Assembly: GCF_021869535.1 (NCBI RefSeq)
Contig: NW_026262668.1
Span: forward strand, 43,524,001 to 43,588,000
From: Mytilus californianus
Taxonomy: Eukaryota
Direction: 5' to 3'
DNA length: 64,000 bases
In this document: positions 37,595-51,115 of the stretch, in pieces
How positions within the stretch are numbered: the stretch's first letter is position 1
Layout of the letters: each line of letters starts with the position of its first letter
The notes under the pieces: model-generated
The model's input: the letters and a program-made list of their open reading frames with translations, nothing else
What the model was told of the DNA's origin: nothing
Database searches by the model: none
Position numbers and translations under genes: made by a program

Positions 37595-38850
37595 GGGCCT
37601 GTTTATCGAAGCAGTCTTAGGATTAGGACGTGTCCTAAGACCAACTTGGGACATATCTTAGTCCTAAGTGGGTTTATCAAACATGTCGTAACTTAGGAAA
37701 ATCCTAGGAATTGTCCTAACTTTAGGATACCAATTTAGGTGTCTTAAGATGGTCTTAGGATGGTCCTAACTTTAGGATATATTTAGGATGGTTATTTTAT
37801 AAACAAATATAGCCTGTATTGGTTGCATTTACTTTAGGGAACTACCATTTGGACCGGAAGGAGGGGGGGGGGGGGGGGGGGGTAGCTAGGATGAAAAATG
37901 TTTTTCTGCTTATTTTTGTAATTTCTGTCCTTCCTTTTTATTTTCATTCTATTCGGTCCTGCCTTTTTTTATTAGTTTATCCTGACTTTTTTTACATACA
38001 TGTAAATTGTCATCCTGCCTTTTTTTATGCAAAGTTCCTCATCCTGCATTTTTTTTTACTCCCAAACTCCTGTCCGGCTTTTTTTTTCAAATTTCATCCT
38101 AGTCCCCCCCCCCCCCCCCCCCCCTATAAAAATCAAATGGTAGTTCCCTTAATTCATATTACATCCCTATCCCTCTTTTCAGCACAATTTGTTGCAACAT
38201 TTGACAATTTACCAAAAAGCAAAGTGTTACTCTTGTCCACGTCGTCCAGGAGAGTCTGTAGTTTTGCATCGGTAGAATTCGAATTTCGTATCTTATATTC
38301 ACACGTATCATTGCATGTTTTTTGCAATAATAAAATAGTTGAAGTACTCGGTATTTATATGAAAAATGCACGAGATTTGCCTTTGAACTTTTAAGTATGA
38401 AACCGTGACACTTCGAATTCAGCTCACTCAAAGCATATGATTTTACCGATTATATATTTTATTTTAACTATTTACAATTCGTTTGTTTCAATTCTAAGAA
38501 AACGCAGCTATATTTTTTGTTTTATGATTTTAAATGTACAATTATAATAAAAAAAAGTATTTACCACCTTTAATTTAAAACTGATAATTATTTTCTAATT
38601 ATTTATCTTTTTTTTAAAATGATAGTAATTGGTTAAATTTGATACAATATTTTCATTTTTTCATTTTTATTTGTTATTTTCTTTTACGCGAATACTTAGG
38701 ACAGCGGTTAGGACATCTTAGCTAAGATAATCCTAAGATAGCTTCGATGTGCATGCTGAGACATGTCGTAAGTCGGTCCTAACTTTATCCTAATTTCTAT
38801 CCTAAGAAATTCTTAGGACCGATCTTAGGATAGTTTCGATAAACAGGCCC
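37595..38850. mobile_element. Non-autonomous Harbinger-like element with CWG TSD, composite (copy 1)
   Basis: TIR GGGCCTGTTTATCGAA / TTCGATAAACAGGCCC; CAG at 37592-37594 and 38851-38853; many subterminal CCTAAG/CTTAGG motifs. Confidence 0.85.
37837..38148. mobile_element. Harbinger-like MITE nested in copy 1
   Basis: TIR GGGAACTACCATTTG / CAAATGGTAGTTCCC with TTA duplication (37834-37836, 38149-38151). Confidence 0.85.
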
Positions 38851-39851
38851 CAGGTTCTTAGGTAAAAATTGCTCAAAATGATTTTATTTGTCATATCAAG
38901 AGTTATTAAAAAATTAAAATGGCATGAGTTTGAAACATCATGTACTTCTAAGTTAAAGATGTCATTTTCATAATAGTCACTATTCGTGATAGAAACATGC
39001 AATCAACATTAAATGTGACTTTCTGTTCATTTTCATTTCATTTTCATTTCATTGCATCAATTGCAATTTTAAGTAGAAAAAAAAAAATTATATCCTGTAA
39101 CTCGATCAACTTGTTAATGGAATCCCGTGAGGGCTGTTGTATTGCCATCTTGGGTGGATGCTGCCCTCAGGTACTGGCATTGCACAAGTGGTGGTATCAA
39201 CTTAGATTAATTGACACCTTGCTAACCCTTCCCCGGAATTTAGTAATGTTCGTGGTACTCAGTCTTAATTTTTCTAAGTCGTGTTTTGTATGCTGTTGTT
39301 TGTCTTTTGGTCGTTTTTCGTTTTTTTGCCACGGCGTTGTCAGTTTGTTATCGACTTATGAGTTAAGTTGTTTGAATATCCGTTTGGTATATTCCGCCAA
39401 TCTTTAACTGACACGTATATTACATCCCAAAAAATTGATGATATATGTTTATATGTAAAACAGTTAAGTAGTCAATCGATTGATGATTGGTTGTTGGTGT
39501 TTTACGCCCTCGCATAACGCAAAGACGATCATGAAATGGACGATTTAAAATGAACATGAAATGATTCCAATCTGTTAACAGATACTTGAGTCATAATAAC
39601 TATGTCATCAAGTTAAAGAAGATGCGCACACATACTTTAAGGACGGTATTAAACTACGTGTCGTAGTTATCCTCATTTCATTAAAAAAACAAACATCTCG
39701 AGTCTTAAGAATGAATAGTGTGAACGTAAAAAAGTTACCATTTCATAATATTTTAATACAAAGTTCTTAGGTTGTATTGTTGCTTTAGATTAACCTGGCA
39801 GTTATATTATCTTCTAGATTTATTTTTTTACCATACTTAGTTTGGGATCTG

Positions 39852-41056
39852 GGGCCTGTTTATCGAAGCAGTCTTAGGATTAGGACGTGTCCTAAGACCA
39901 ACTTAGGACATATCTTAATCCTAAGTGGGTTTATCAAACATGTCGTAACTTAGGAAAATCCTAGGAATTGTCCTAACTTTAGGATATCAATTTAGGTGTC
40001 TTAAGATGGTCTTAGGATGGTCCTAATTTTAGGATATATATAGGATGGTTGTTTTATAAACAAATATGGCCTGTGTTGCATTTACTTTAGGGAACTACCA
40101 TTTGATTTTTATGAAAAGGGGGAGGGGGCTTTTTTTGTTGTTGTAATCTCTGTCCTTCCTTTTTATTTTTCACTCTATTCGGTCCTGCCTTTTTTTATTA
40201 GTTTATACTGACTTTTGTTTTACATAAATTGTCATCTTGCTCTTTTTTTTTGCAAAGTTGCTCATCTTGCCTATTTTTTTACTCCAAACTCCTGTCCTGC
40301 CTTTTTTTCAAATTTAAACCTAGTCCCCCCCCCATAAAAATCAAATGGCAGTTTCCTTAATGCATATTAAATCCCTATCCCTCTTTTCAGCACCATTTGT
40401 TGCAACATTTGACAATTTACCAAAAAGCAAAGTGTTACTCTTGTCCACGTCGTCAAGGAGAGTCTGTAGTATTGCATCGGTATAATTCGAATTTCGTCTC
40501 TTATATTCACACGTATCATCGCATGTTATTTGCAGTAATAAAATAGCACTCAGTATTTATATGAAAGATGCACGAGATTTGCTTTTGAACTTTTAAGTAT
40601 GAAACCGTGGCACTTCGAATTCAGCTCACTCAAAGCATATAATGATTTTACCGATTATATATTTTATTTTAACTATTTACAATTCGTTTATTTCAATTCT
40701 TATATAAAACGTAGTTATATTTTTTGTCTTATGTTTTGTTTTATGAGTTTAAATGTACAATTATAATATAAAAAGTATTTATCACCTTTAATTTAAAACT
40801 AATAATTATTTATCTTTTTTTAAATTATAGTTATTGGTTAAATTTGATACAATATTTTCATTTTTTCATTTTTAATTTGTTATTTTCTTTAACGCCAATA
40901 CTTAGGACAGCGGTTAGGACATCCTAGCTAAGATAATCCTAAGATAGCTTCGATGTGCATGCTGAGACATGTCGTAAGTCGGTCCTAACTTTATCCTAAT
41001 TTCTGTCCTAAGAAATTCTTAGGACCGATCTTAGGACAGTTTCGATAAACAGGCCC
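39852..41056. mobile_element. Non-autonomous Harbinger-like element with CWG flanks, composite (copy 2)
   Basis: Same TIRs and orientation, about 90% identical by eye to 37595-38850; flanks CTG and CAG; flanking DNA unrelated to that of copy 1. Confidence 0.85.
40090..40356. mobile_element. Harbinger-like MITE nested in copy 2, same internal position
   Basis: GGGAACTACCATTTG...CAAATGGCAGTTTCC flanked by TTA. Confidence 0.8.
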
Positions 41057-41187
41057 CAGGTGACGGAAGGAGACACTAATTTTATATATTATGCATTCAT
41101 TTTGATTTCATTTAATAATGTCTTTTCCGAAGGAAATTATTCTTTTTTTATTTATAAAGGCCTCAGAAATTGTGAGCTGGGGTGTAA

Positions 41188-41295
41188 AATAGTTATCCCA
41201 TTCGTACTTGGTATGTCAAAGTCAGATCACCCCTCCGGCCTCAGGCCGTCGGGCGATCTGACTCTGACATACCGCGTCCTCATGGGATCACTATT
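41188..41295. mobile_element. Palindromic miniature element sharing its loop with 9887-9990
   Basis: Arms AATAGTTATCCCAT...GGTATGTCAAAGTCAGATCACCC / GGGCGATCTGACTCTGACATACC...ATGGGATCACTATT; loop TCCGGCCTCAGGCCGTC. Confidence 0.75.
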
Positions 41296-41447
41296 ACATA
41301 CTCAAACAATGAATGGACGCATCTGTTCCATAAACTGTGTTCATAATAGTGAATGGCAGTAGATTCTTTAAGTTAAAATTAGAAATTTTGATAAATTGGT
41401 TAATAACATTATCATACGTAAAAATGTTTTGTTTTCATTTCAAACAG

Positions 41448-42469
41448 CAGTGATTTGGAAGGATTTATTCTCTATGGGCCCAGGGCCCCCCAAAAATAAA
41501 TTCAATGGGCCATTTTTAGAATTAATGGGCCATGTTGTCAAATGAGTGGGCCATTCGTTTACAATAAAAAAAAAGTAAAAAAGTGTATATTTCACTGTAC
41601 TTACAAGTATGATTCTAATTAATATCATGGATATTGTTCCTGTGATTTTGTAATTTCAATTTCAATGAATATACAATAACTTCTTCCAAACCGGGCAATA
41701 TTTACGATAACCTTTATTTACAATGTTAAAACTGGTACTGTTCCCTTGTTCATGTTCATGTTTTTTTTTTACATTAAATTTGGGTCTTCGTCGATACCAT
41801 ACTTATTCCAGACGTTCCGTATTAGAGGACGTTTCTGGCATTTTCTCTGCACTTGTATTATTATTACTTCATCACGATGACAAGAATAACAGTAGAGAGC
41901 AACGTTAATTGATAAGACACAACAACAATTCGCTGAAGGCATGTTTACAAAATGTCAAAACGAGCCAAAGACCAAAAAAAGTGACAAGGACAGTTAAGCC
42001 CCTTTTATGGAGACAAATACTATGCTATTCATAAAAAGGCTTTTGGATTTTTCAATGGAAACAATAGCAAGCTTACTTAAAAGATTATAATTAGAGAAGA
42101 ATTCTTGCCTGTACTAGCCAATTTTCACAAATTTAAAGTTGTTTATAAAAAATTATATCATGAATGATGGTTAATTACGTTTTTTGGGTAATCAGTCATA
42201 CCGCATATTGCTATTATTACCATATGAAAACACCCGAGACGTCCCAAAAATATATAGGTGCTCCTATCATTGGAGTAAACACTACACAGTTGTGTACTCA
42301 CACATGGCGGCACGAAATACGATCGGAAATCCATTTGACGATATCTCAACGTTTCAAAACGAAGTGAAAAATATCATGCGCCACGCGGGCGCTTACATTT
42401 GTCACTCTATGCGCCATTTCTGGTCGATAAGCGCAATTGGCGCAAGGCGCACGTCCTTCCCGATCACTG
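41448..42469. mobile_element. Non-autonomous hAT-like element
   Basis: TIR CAGTGATTTGGAAGG / CCTTCCCGATCACTG (13/15); flanks CAAACAG / CAAACAC; subterminal ATGGGCC repeats on the left and GCGCC/GCGCA repeats on the right. Confidence 0.6.
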
Positions 42470-43139
42470 CAAACACAGTTTAACACTACGAAAGAAAAAA
42501 TGTTTTTATTGCGAAAGCTAGTGTGAAAAGTAATAAGTATGTTTATAATTGAGCAAAATAAGATTTAACCATACAATTACTATCAACAATACCAAATTCC
42601 ATCATTGGAAGATAAGTTCTGTGTGTTCATTTTGAATTTAGCTTTCATAAATATATTTCTTACTAATTTTCTAAACCAATAAATTACAATTCTCAAGTAC
42701 AGCTGAAAATATCTTCTTAAAAATACAAAAAGTACATGTAGAAATAAAAACATTTCATTGGGCGTGTATTGAAAATATCATTTTCTTTTTGTATGGTTGA
42801 AAAGATTACCTATTGTGTAATGTCAATCTCAGCATTTAATCCCAAACTGAAAGTTCTATTTATGTACCTTTAAAACACAGCATATCTGGATGTAAGCTCC
42901 AAAATATTGCATGTAATTGGTAAGTTACAAACTAGCGATTTATTTACTATAGGTTGGGGTTGTTCGTCTATGTAACAAACTCATTTTTTTTAATTGAGAT
43001 TTTTTACAAGAAAACAAATCATGGATTTCATAAAACACAATCAAGTAAATTATCAGAAAAACAATAGCACAAATAAAATGATATACAAATAAATGGCCAC
43101 TTTCAAGCATTGTAGACAAGTAATTGATTTATTGACTCA

Positions 43140-43520
43140 AATCTTCTTTGTTGATCTTGTTGTATTGCTGCTTATCATTTAAAACTGTATACAGTTAATT
43201 TCAATCTTCTGTGATTATAAAGTTTTTGCACCAAAAATAATGCTAAAAACCGTCATTCAAAGGCAATAAATCCTGGAAAAAATGGACTGACAATTTCTGC
43301 CTTCTGGCCTTTTTGTAGATCTTGTCTTGCTGATCATGTTTGCTGCTTACAGTTTCTCTCTATCTTTTTAAGTTTTAGCGCTAATCGTAAAAAGAGGTAA
43401 ACATCGTCATATAAGGGCAATCACTCCTAAAAGGAGTCGACTGACAATTTCCGCCATATTGACATATTTGTAGATCTTGTGCTGATAATATTTTTCTTAT
43501 CTAAAGTTTTTCTCTGTCTA
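43140..43520 (-). repeat. Core tandem repeats (about 160 bp) of the HINE family at 62430-63320
   Basis: TTTGTAGATCTTGTCTTGCTGAT is the reverse complement of the ATCAGCAAGACAAGATCTACAAA core repeat; about 2.5 units. Confidence 0.7.
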
Positions 43521-45224
43521 TTATAGTTTCACACAACATAAACATTGCTTGATAGAAGTGGAGAGTTTTGGTGGAATTATCTTATTATCTATTACTTAGT
43601 TGAAAATGATCGTAGATGATCATACCATTGAATTTTTTCTAACTAATAAATAAAATCAAAGTACTGAAGTACTGATCATCGGATGACCGCAAGTTCTGGT
43701 GGACGGTCACAAGCACTTGTCTAAAAAAAAAAATAATATCTCTATATCTGAAAGTTGGGTTAAGGTACAAAGATATTTTTTTTTCTGAGACAAGTTCTTG
43801 TGTGGATGATGAATAAATGATAGGGAATTCAACCTCACCGTAATAATTATTATTATATTGTAATGATATAATCATTTGTTATCAGTATACTCTGGTTTGT
43901 TGTTATATATTATATTAGTATTTGTATAACAGTTATATATATAGCAGACCATCTTAATAACTCTACAGGCAAATTTTCATCCATTTATATATCATTTTTT
44001 TCTACTAATCTAATGATAGTGCAGTGCAAGTGCATGGTGGACACTCTTCTGTAATAATTCGTTTTTCTAATAGATTGGATTTGAGTAGCATTCATATTTT
44101 CCCGCTTTTGTTGCAAAACGTTCTCGAGATATTCTTCCGCATGCGTTAACACAAATTTTCGGTATTCATGATTTGTTATTGATATATATATTTCTCACGA
44201 CAAAACATTTTCATATCATTTATCTATGTTCTCAAAAAAAAAATCAAGAATATTTATTGATGAAATTAAGATATAACAATATGAGGAATGTTATTTTGCA
44301 CTCGATAATATCCGCGTAATTATACGAAATACGTTCGCGGTTATCAGTCAAACGGCAAGGAAATTTCTGCGGCAACATAACATCGGTATGACCTCTCAAG
44401 GTTACATCCGATGTACAAATCACTGTTCAGTTGTAGATTAAGTTATTTTCGCGAAATTCTAATTTTCGTGAATTAAGGAAAACTATTTCCGTGGATACTT
44501 GATTTCGTAGTTTTGAAAAAAATTGCAAACAGCTTATTAGAAATTTGAATTTTATTGAATACTTAAACTTTTTGTTAACACAAGTATTCGTCGATAATGG
44601 ATTACAGCGCAAGAAAGGGTTAAAAATTAACAAGAGAGTGTGAGGGCAACATACAATGCAAAGAATGAATATAATGAATGGGTTGCTAATTTTGCATATT
44701 ATCGGCTTATTTTAATAGAATTAAGTCCTACTTTTTAAGACAATATGACACATCAATCGCATTAACAGAACAAAAAATCAGAAGAATATTCTGTGTAGTT
44801 TTTCAACTATCATTACTATGGTTTTGTTTACATTGTCATGCGTTCGAGTGTGAAATTTTGCTCAAATTTCATGACGAATAAATACATAATAGCAGGAATC
44901 AGCTAATCGATGTTTTCGGTTGAGCTACACGCAGTAGAAGAAATTCTTTCACATTACTGCAGACAAACAAACATGTGTTGGTCTAAATGGTGTATTTGTT
45001 TATTTATACAAATTGGCTCATGGATTCGCGCTAAGCTCATATGAATAACTAAAACATTAGATGTCATGAAATATTGATATAATTTGGATCGATGATGCTT
45101 GCATTAAGAAAAGATAAAACTGCGTTAAACTATATTACTGGTCAATGGATTGAGACAATACATACTTCACCTTTGTTTGAAGCTATTGATTTAGAACAAG
45201 AGTGTTCAAAATGATGAGCAACAC

Positions 45225-45570
45225 GAAAGAAAGGAGAAGTTTTGAAAGGATAAATTACTGAAAGATTAGAATAAATAAATAAATAGATAAATTTAAAGAT
45301 AAAGAAATAAAGAAAGGAGAAGTGTTGAAAGGATAAATTACTGAAAGATTAGAATAAATAAACAAATAGATAGATTGATAGATAAAGAAAGAAAGAAAGG
45401 AAAAATTGTGAAATTAATAATTAAGAAATTAAGAAATGAATAAAGAAAGAAATTAAGAAATGAATAAAGAAAGAAATTAAGAAATGAATAAAGAAAGAAA
45501 TTAAGAAATTAATAAACAAAGAAATACAGAAATAATGAGATAAATAGATAAACAGATAAATAAATGAATT
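45225..45570. repeat. A-rich low-complexity tract with an about 85-bp duplication and 24-bp tandem units
   Basis: AAAGAAAGGAGAAGT..TGAAAGGATAAATTACTGAAAGATTAGAATAAAT occurs twice; TTAAGAAATGAATAAAGAAAGAAA about three times. Confidence 0.8.
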
Positions 45571-46147
45571 TCGAGAGTTGAATAAGGTGTCCTAAATCGA
45601 AGAAGGACAAACAATGCAATGGCATGCAGAAAGACGGAAGGAAGAAATTTTTTCTCGGAATATGTGTTAAGCGAATCAACTCTGACAGTTCTTCAAATTT
45701 CTTTTTATTTCTATTCTTCCCTTAAATGTGCTTAGTTTTTAGTTAGGATATGACAGGTATTCGATTGTCTTTTGAGCATTCTTATGTTGCAATCATTTGT
45801 GATTTTCAATTCTGTGACAAACAGCACAGCCTTTTCATGCCTTCTAATAAAGCTGAAAGATTTTCTGATTTTTATCTGTAATTCTGTCATTGCAAATAAA
45901 ACTATGGGCATATATCTATGAGATAGCCATTCAAGGTCTGAAATTTGTGTAAAGTGTGTTCATGTTAAAGGACTATAGTGTTTTTGTTTTGATGTTGTAG
46001 TATTTCAGATATATGATAAAACTCATAATCTTACATATTATGGTTTTCGGTAGAGGTACCCTTACAAGCAGTAGAAGAAAGGCTTTCACTTAATTTGCAT
46101 GCGACAATCCATATCAATGTAGCGCAATTTGCATGAAACTAGGCGGA

Positions 46148-46225
46148 TTGTGGCATCATACCTAAACCCTTGTGACATCATACCTAAACACTTGTGACAT
46201 CATACCTACACTCTTGTGGCATCCT
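46148..46225. repeat. 22-bp tandem repeat, 3.5 units
   Basis: TTGTG(G/A)CATCATACCTAAAC(C/A)C repeated. Confidence 0.85.
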
Positions 46226-46784
46226 ATGCCAATTCAAACAATTTGAGCTTGATCGGATCTTCAAACCAGAAATTTCATCGAATGACGTACTACTTCATTT
46301 GTTTATCATTGACAGCCGATCTGATATTTAAACTTAATATTGTTCTTTGATGACTTCGATCATGAAGATGCTACAAACGACTAATCAATGGATTATAGAA
46401 AGCTAACGTTGGAAAGACAATTGTTTTATATCTGACCATTTGATCTGATATGTTTATTTATTAATCGATTCGACAACAAACGTGCAACGGTCATTTTGAT
46501 TTCATTCTGCTATATTTCTGAGTGTTATAGTAGTAGCATTTTACAAACATTACATCATTGAGAAAAAAATTGTTTTACAATATAAGTCTTCAATTCATAG
46601 TAATAAGAAAGTCGTTGTACATCAGTTTTATATGTATTGAGAAATCATTTAGAAAACACACACACACACACAAAACACGCTACTATAAAAAGAAAAGGTG
46701 TGTTAATTGATGACATAAAATCCCTGCATGAACTTTAAAAAAAACATGAAATGAAGCAAATAAAAACACGATCGAAGAAAAGTG

Positions 46785-47330
46785 GACGTTATTGTCGTTA
46801 CGACGATCGGAACATATCCGTGGTTATCTGTGACACAGATATTCCATAACGGTCAACCAATTGACAGCGTCCGTAACACTTCCGAAGTGATTTCAACTTT
46901 CGAGTGTCTTCAACTTTATCACTTGGAACCCTGGTTATTCAATAGCTTCCTTGTAAGCTGCAATCCTCTATCAAAGAAATCATGATAGGAAATGCAAGCT
47001 CAGGAATATCATATCAACTGTGAAATATATACTCCATAGGAAGCGCTGTTGGAATGTAGCTACATAGAAAAGGAAAGTTTACAATTAGGAAGCTGAAATC
47101 CTCCTATTTGTCATATACTTTTGTTCTCAACCGACCCTCATTGTCAATTTCTACATGTAAGCCTAAGATACGAGGCAGACTTAATTGTATATGTGGGATC
47201 CTTTTTTTCAAGTTCTATGGGTTAAATACGTTCAACATAGTCACCAAATTTGGATTTATTTAGTGAGAGGACATCAACAATATAGCGGAACGTGATGTTA
47301 AAGGATAAAACTACCAGAGAAGCTGCTGTA
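46785..47330 (-). mobile_element. Penelope-like (Naiad-type) RT fragment, decayed
   Basis: Minus strand pieces LSFNITFRYI.DVLSLN, KFGDYVERI.PIELE, YGVYISQLI and ACISYHDF.DRG..LTRKLLN. Confidence 0.85.
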
Positions 47331-50300
47331 TTAATTCTGTCTTATGTGTTTGCAAAAAAGCAAGTCGGCAAAAAGAGGAGCTCAATTAGTGCCCATAGGA
47401 ATGCCTAGAGTGGTTTTTGACGCTTGTCATTTTGTTTTATGAAACAATGTTTGACTAGTTCTTTCAACCTTGCTTTCAGTATAGAATGAGGTATACTAGT
47501 GTAAGGGTAGAGAAGTCAGTTTGTTTATGCTATTGCAAGAGGAAAAGACTTAAGATTTTATGTTTAACTACTAGTAACAGATCTTTCCAACTTTTTAATT
47601 AGTTGTTTCAAAGTAATTCTGAAGCCTGGCTTTGATTGTTGATGAAATTGATGTTATATAAAAATAAGAAGATATGGTATGATTGCCAATGAGAAAACTC
47701 TCCACCAGAGACCAGCAGTTTGAAAAGAGGTTTCATGGAGCACTTGACAGACCTAACAATATAGCGTTGTTTGAAGGACACTTGTGTTATTTTGGTATCC
47801 AGTACAGTGAAAAAAGATCATGTCCATCCTCTTTGGTAGAAATTCTTAAAGAACATAAATCAGACCTATGATTGTTTAGAATTTCCTCTTTGGTAAGTGT
47901 CGTGGCGTATATGTTGAGTTTCCAAGTAAATTGGCAATACCTTATTCTGTTATTAAGCAGTTTATGTACATGTAATGTGATTTACATACAAAAACGATGT
48001 TATTCGGGGCTTTGTCTGCGTGGACAACATTTGTGTTATGGAGGTAAGACATGTGTTTAGCAACGTTTGGGTTTTTAAAGATAAATGTAGTGTGAGTGCT
48101 CATAGACCCATTCAGTTTTTTTAAATTCTAATTTGCATTAACGACCTTACAACCTTAACGCATTTGGAAAGAGTATACACTTCTTCTCTTTTGCGTTTAA
48201 CCCTTTACCTGATATAAGTAGTAACTGAATCTATTAGAATTTTTTAAGTTGTGTTTTCAATGTATGGATTCAAGTAGGCTAACGGTATTTCGGTCATTTG
48301 GTTAACACATTTCGAGGAGAAGTATTGTTGACAAAGATTTAATAGGTTACCAGTATAATAACTCCGCCAGCTGGATTATATTGATTGGGAACTAACAGAT
48401 GATTAGATATGAAGTCGTCAATACTGAGATCATGCAACACCGTTTTATAATTGAAAATATTTTAGGCGCAATAGGTGTGGTATGTGTTTAAGATAGGAGG
48501 TATTTTTTTTATGGAATTGATTTATGATTAAGGATATTGCCTAAATTTTTTGGCATCGATACCTTAATTTGGAAAAGAAAGTTTTAGAAAAGATCGTTCC
48601 TCATAACAACTTTCCCAAATGCCAACTGGTCAGAAAAGTCTGTGACTGGCAGTATCCGACATGATAGCTGTACTTTTGTATTGGTTTGAATGTTGATTTG
48701 TAACAGGGTTTCAAAATTAGTTGTAATTGCAATTTCTGTTCGACGATACTTTAAATTTTCATTTTTCGCACAGACCATGGAATTGTTTTCGCTACTTATT
48801 GCTCATATTCTATGAATGATTAAATATTTGGAATGGAATTTTATCTTAAACAATGGACAAACGAACACACTGAATAACAAATCGTGTGAACTAATTCCAA
48901 GGAAGACGACCAAATAGCTGGTGCATGTCATCATCATTTTTCCGGATATGATAATGATAAAATGAAATATTTTTGTACTTTTCATATATTCAATGCCATA
49001 AATCAACGTAAAGTTTTATCAAAAAGTTTTAAAAACAAAGAATTTATAAAAGTTGTATTTTGATGTGTACAGTGTAGCAGGTAATGTTTCTGAATAAACA
49101 ATGAGTAATTAATGTGTGAATGAAATGTCCGTTTTTCATTTCCTGTTTCATAAAGGCACGAAGCTGGGCTATAAACTTCAAATTTAAGTACATTAAATAT
49201 TTACCTTTTCACATGATTTATCAGAAAGAGCACAGCTAGGTTATCAGTATCGTTCATAAAAAAAATATATAACTGAAACATGTCTGACGTCAGTAGTCGG
49301 GGCTACTAGAATATCAAAAATGATTCGTTAATCTAAAGTTATTTTCCGATTGTAGTTGTTTTTGGATAATTTTCGATCGAAAATAGGGGTTCAACAAACC
49401 ACAATTTTGTACTCTAAACACACGTCATAATAATACATTTTATAGTTATAAAAGTCACCTTATGTTTCAGGCTGAACAAAGAGAAAAACTTTATCTTTAT
49501 CTAGAAAACGGAAATTCAACTACATGTTAAACCTCATACAAGCATAAATTTCTTGAATGTTCTTTATCCAAAACTCAGTAATTCATATACATAAAGGTTG
49601 AAATTATAATTTATTTTGTATTTTAATTTTAATAATGTTCTCCACAAAAAAAAGACATTTTTTATTATTTTAGTTTATTTGTCCGTTCGTCTGGTTTTTT
49701 TTTTTTAAATTGTCTCTGTTTTATCATTGATTTTGTTAATTTTGTTTTTTGTTATTTTGTATTTGTATGTTTTTTTTCCTTTTTGCTTAGTGAACACGTC
49801 GAAGTGTTTGTACATAAATTCGTCTGAATCCAGGAAATTCTTATTTGTCTTTTAATCATAGATTATAATAATTCCACATATATCATAATCCAAATAGAGA
49901 TAATGTAAACACAAGAATCAAAGATATAACCAATACGTACAGTATGTACGTCGATTTTCATGTTTTATGATTACACCCTATATTTATCCGTGTTGAATGT
50001 CTCCCTATGACATTAAGATGAAGAACAAGACAATTAAGTGCTGTTCTTCTGTTTTGGGTTATGTCAATTGCGTTTAATGATTTCGGGTAATGAATTATTT
50101 CACCATGTCCTTATTGGTTAATGGAATGAATAAAAACTTCCAATCCGGTACGGTTGTGGAAATACAATGTTAAAGTTCATTTTTGATAAAGACGACCAGG
50201 CTTCTTCCTTTTCTATTTCAAATTATCATGTTTCAGTTTGTATGACTGCTATTGAGATAAAATCTCTTCGATGTTTTTATAAATTTAGATTTTACTGAAT

Positions 50301-51001
50301 TTAAGCTGAAAATTAACTAATTTAAGTTTAAATCCCAAAATATTGAAATAAACAAGAACGTGTTTTCTTTTACAATAGCCGACTCGAAATGTATTGAAAG
50401 AGATGTTTAACTCTGTAGTGTTATATTACACCATTCAAATCAAACAAGAGGAAATGAGAAACTCGGGAGGTTAAAATCTTTGAAGATGGTCTAAAAATGT
50501 AACCAAGTATAAAAGGTATTGAATGACAGGCTACGTTGACATATACACTGTCGGTGATGTACAAAGGTGTGAGAAAAGTCAAGTTGACCGATGTTACAAT
50601 ACCTATTTGTCTTGATATTAAACGCATCATTTTCACAACACAGAAATATAAAAATTATTAGTAAATTAACAACAGTTTGATTACTTTCTGATTCAAGTTT
50701 TTATTCTCTTTTTTTCAGTATTTTTTGTTGTATTCTTTTTTGCTTGATTTATTTTTTAAGTTTTTTTTCTGTCTTGAGCATCTGACGTGACGAGCTTGAG
50801 GAAAACTAGCGGTGTTAATAAATTTCCTCAAATAATCAAATTACTTCATTAATACTCTGCTAAAGTTATAGTCCCAAAATCTGTTATTTTGGTGCATTAT
50901 TTGTTGTCGTTACATTAAAGTTTTTTTTTCATTTTCATCTCTAATAATCTCCCTGATAAAACGTGTCTCCTCAATATATGCTGAAGCTACTGTTTCAATT
51001 A

Positions 51002-51115
51002 GGGAGCAACCATTTAACTTCAAGGGGGGGGGGGGGGGGTTATGGTTTTTTGTTTGAGTCAGAATTTTTTTTTTTAGTAACCCCCCCTCCCCCTTGAAGT
51101 TAAATGGTCGTTCCC
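51002..51115. mobile_element. 114-bp Harbinger-like MITE
   Basis: TIR GGGAGCAACCATTTAACTTCAAGGGGG / CCCCCTTGAAGTTAAATGGTCGTTCCC; TTA duplication at 50999-51001 and 51116-51118. Confidence 0.85.

Noticed and set aside
37819-38394. Longest ORF (191 aa) as a gene
   Set aside because: It lies across a nested MITE with poly-G/poly-C tracts (GGGGGG, PPPPPP), and the second copy at 40.1-40.6 kb does not keep the frame.
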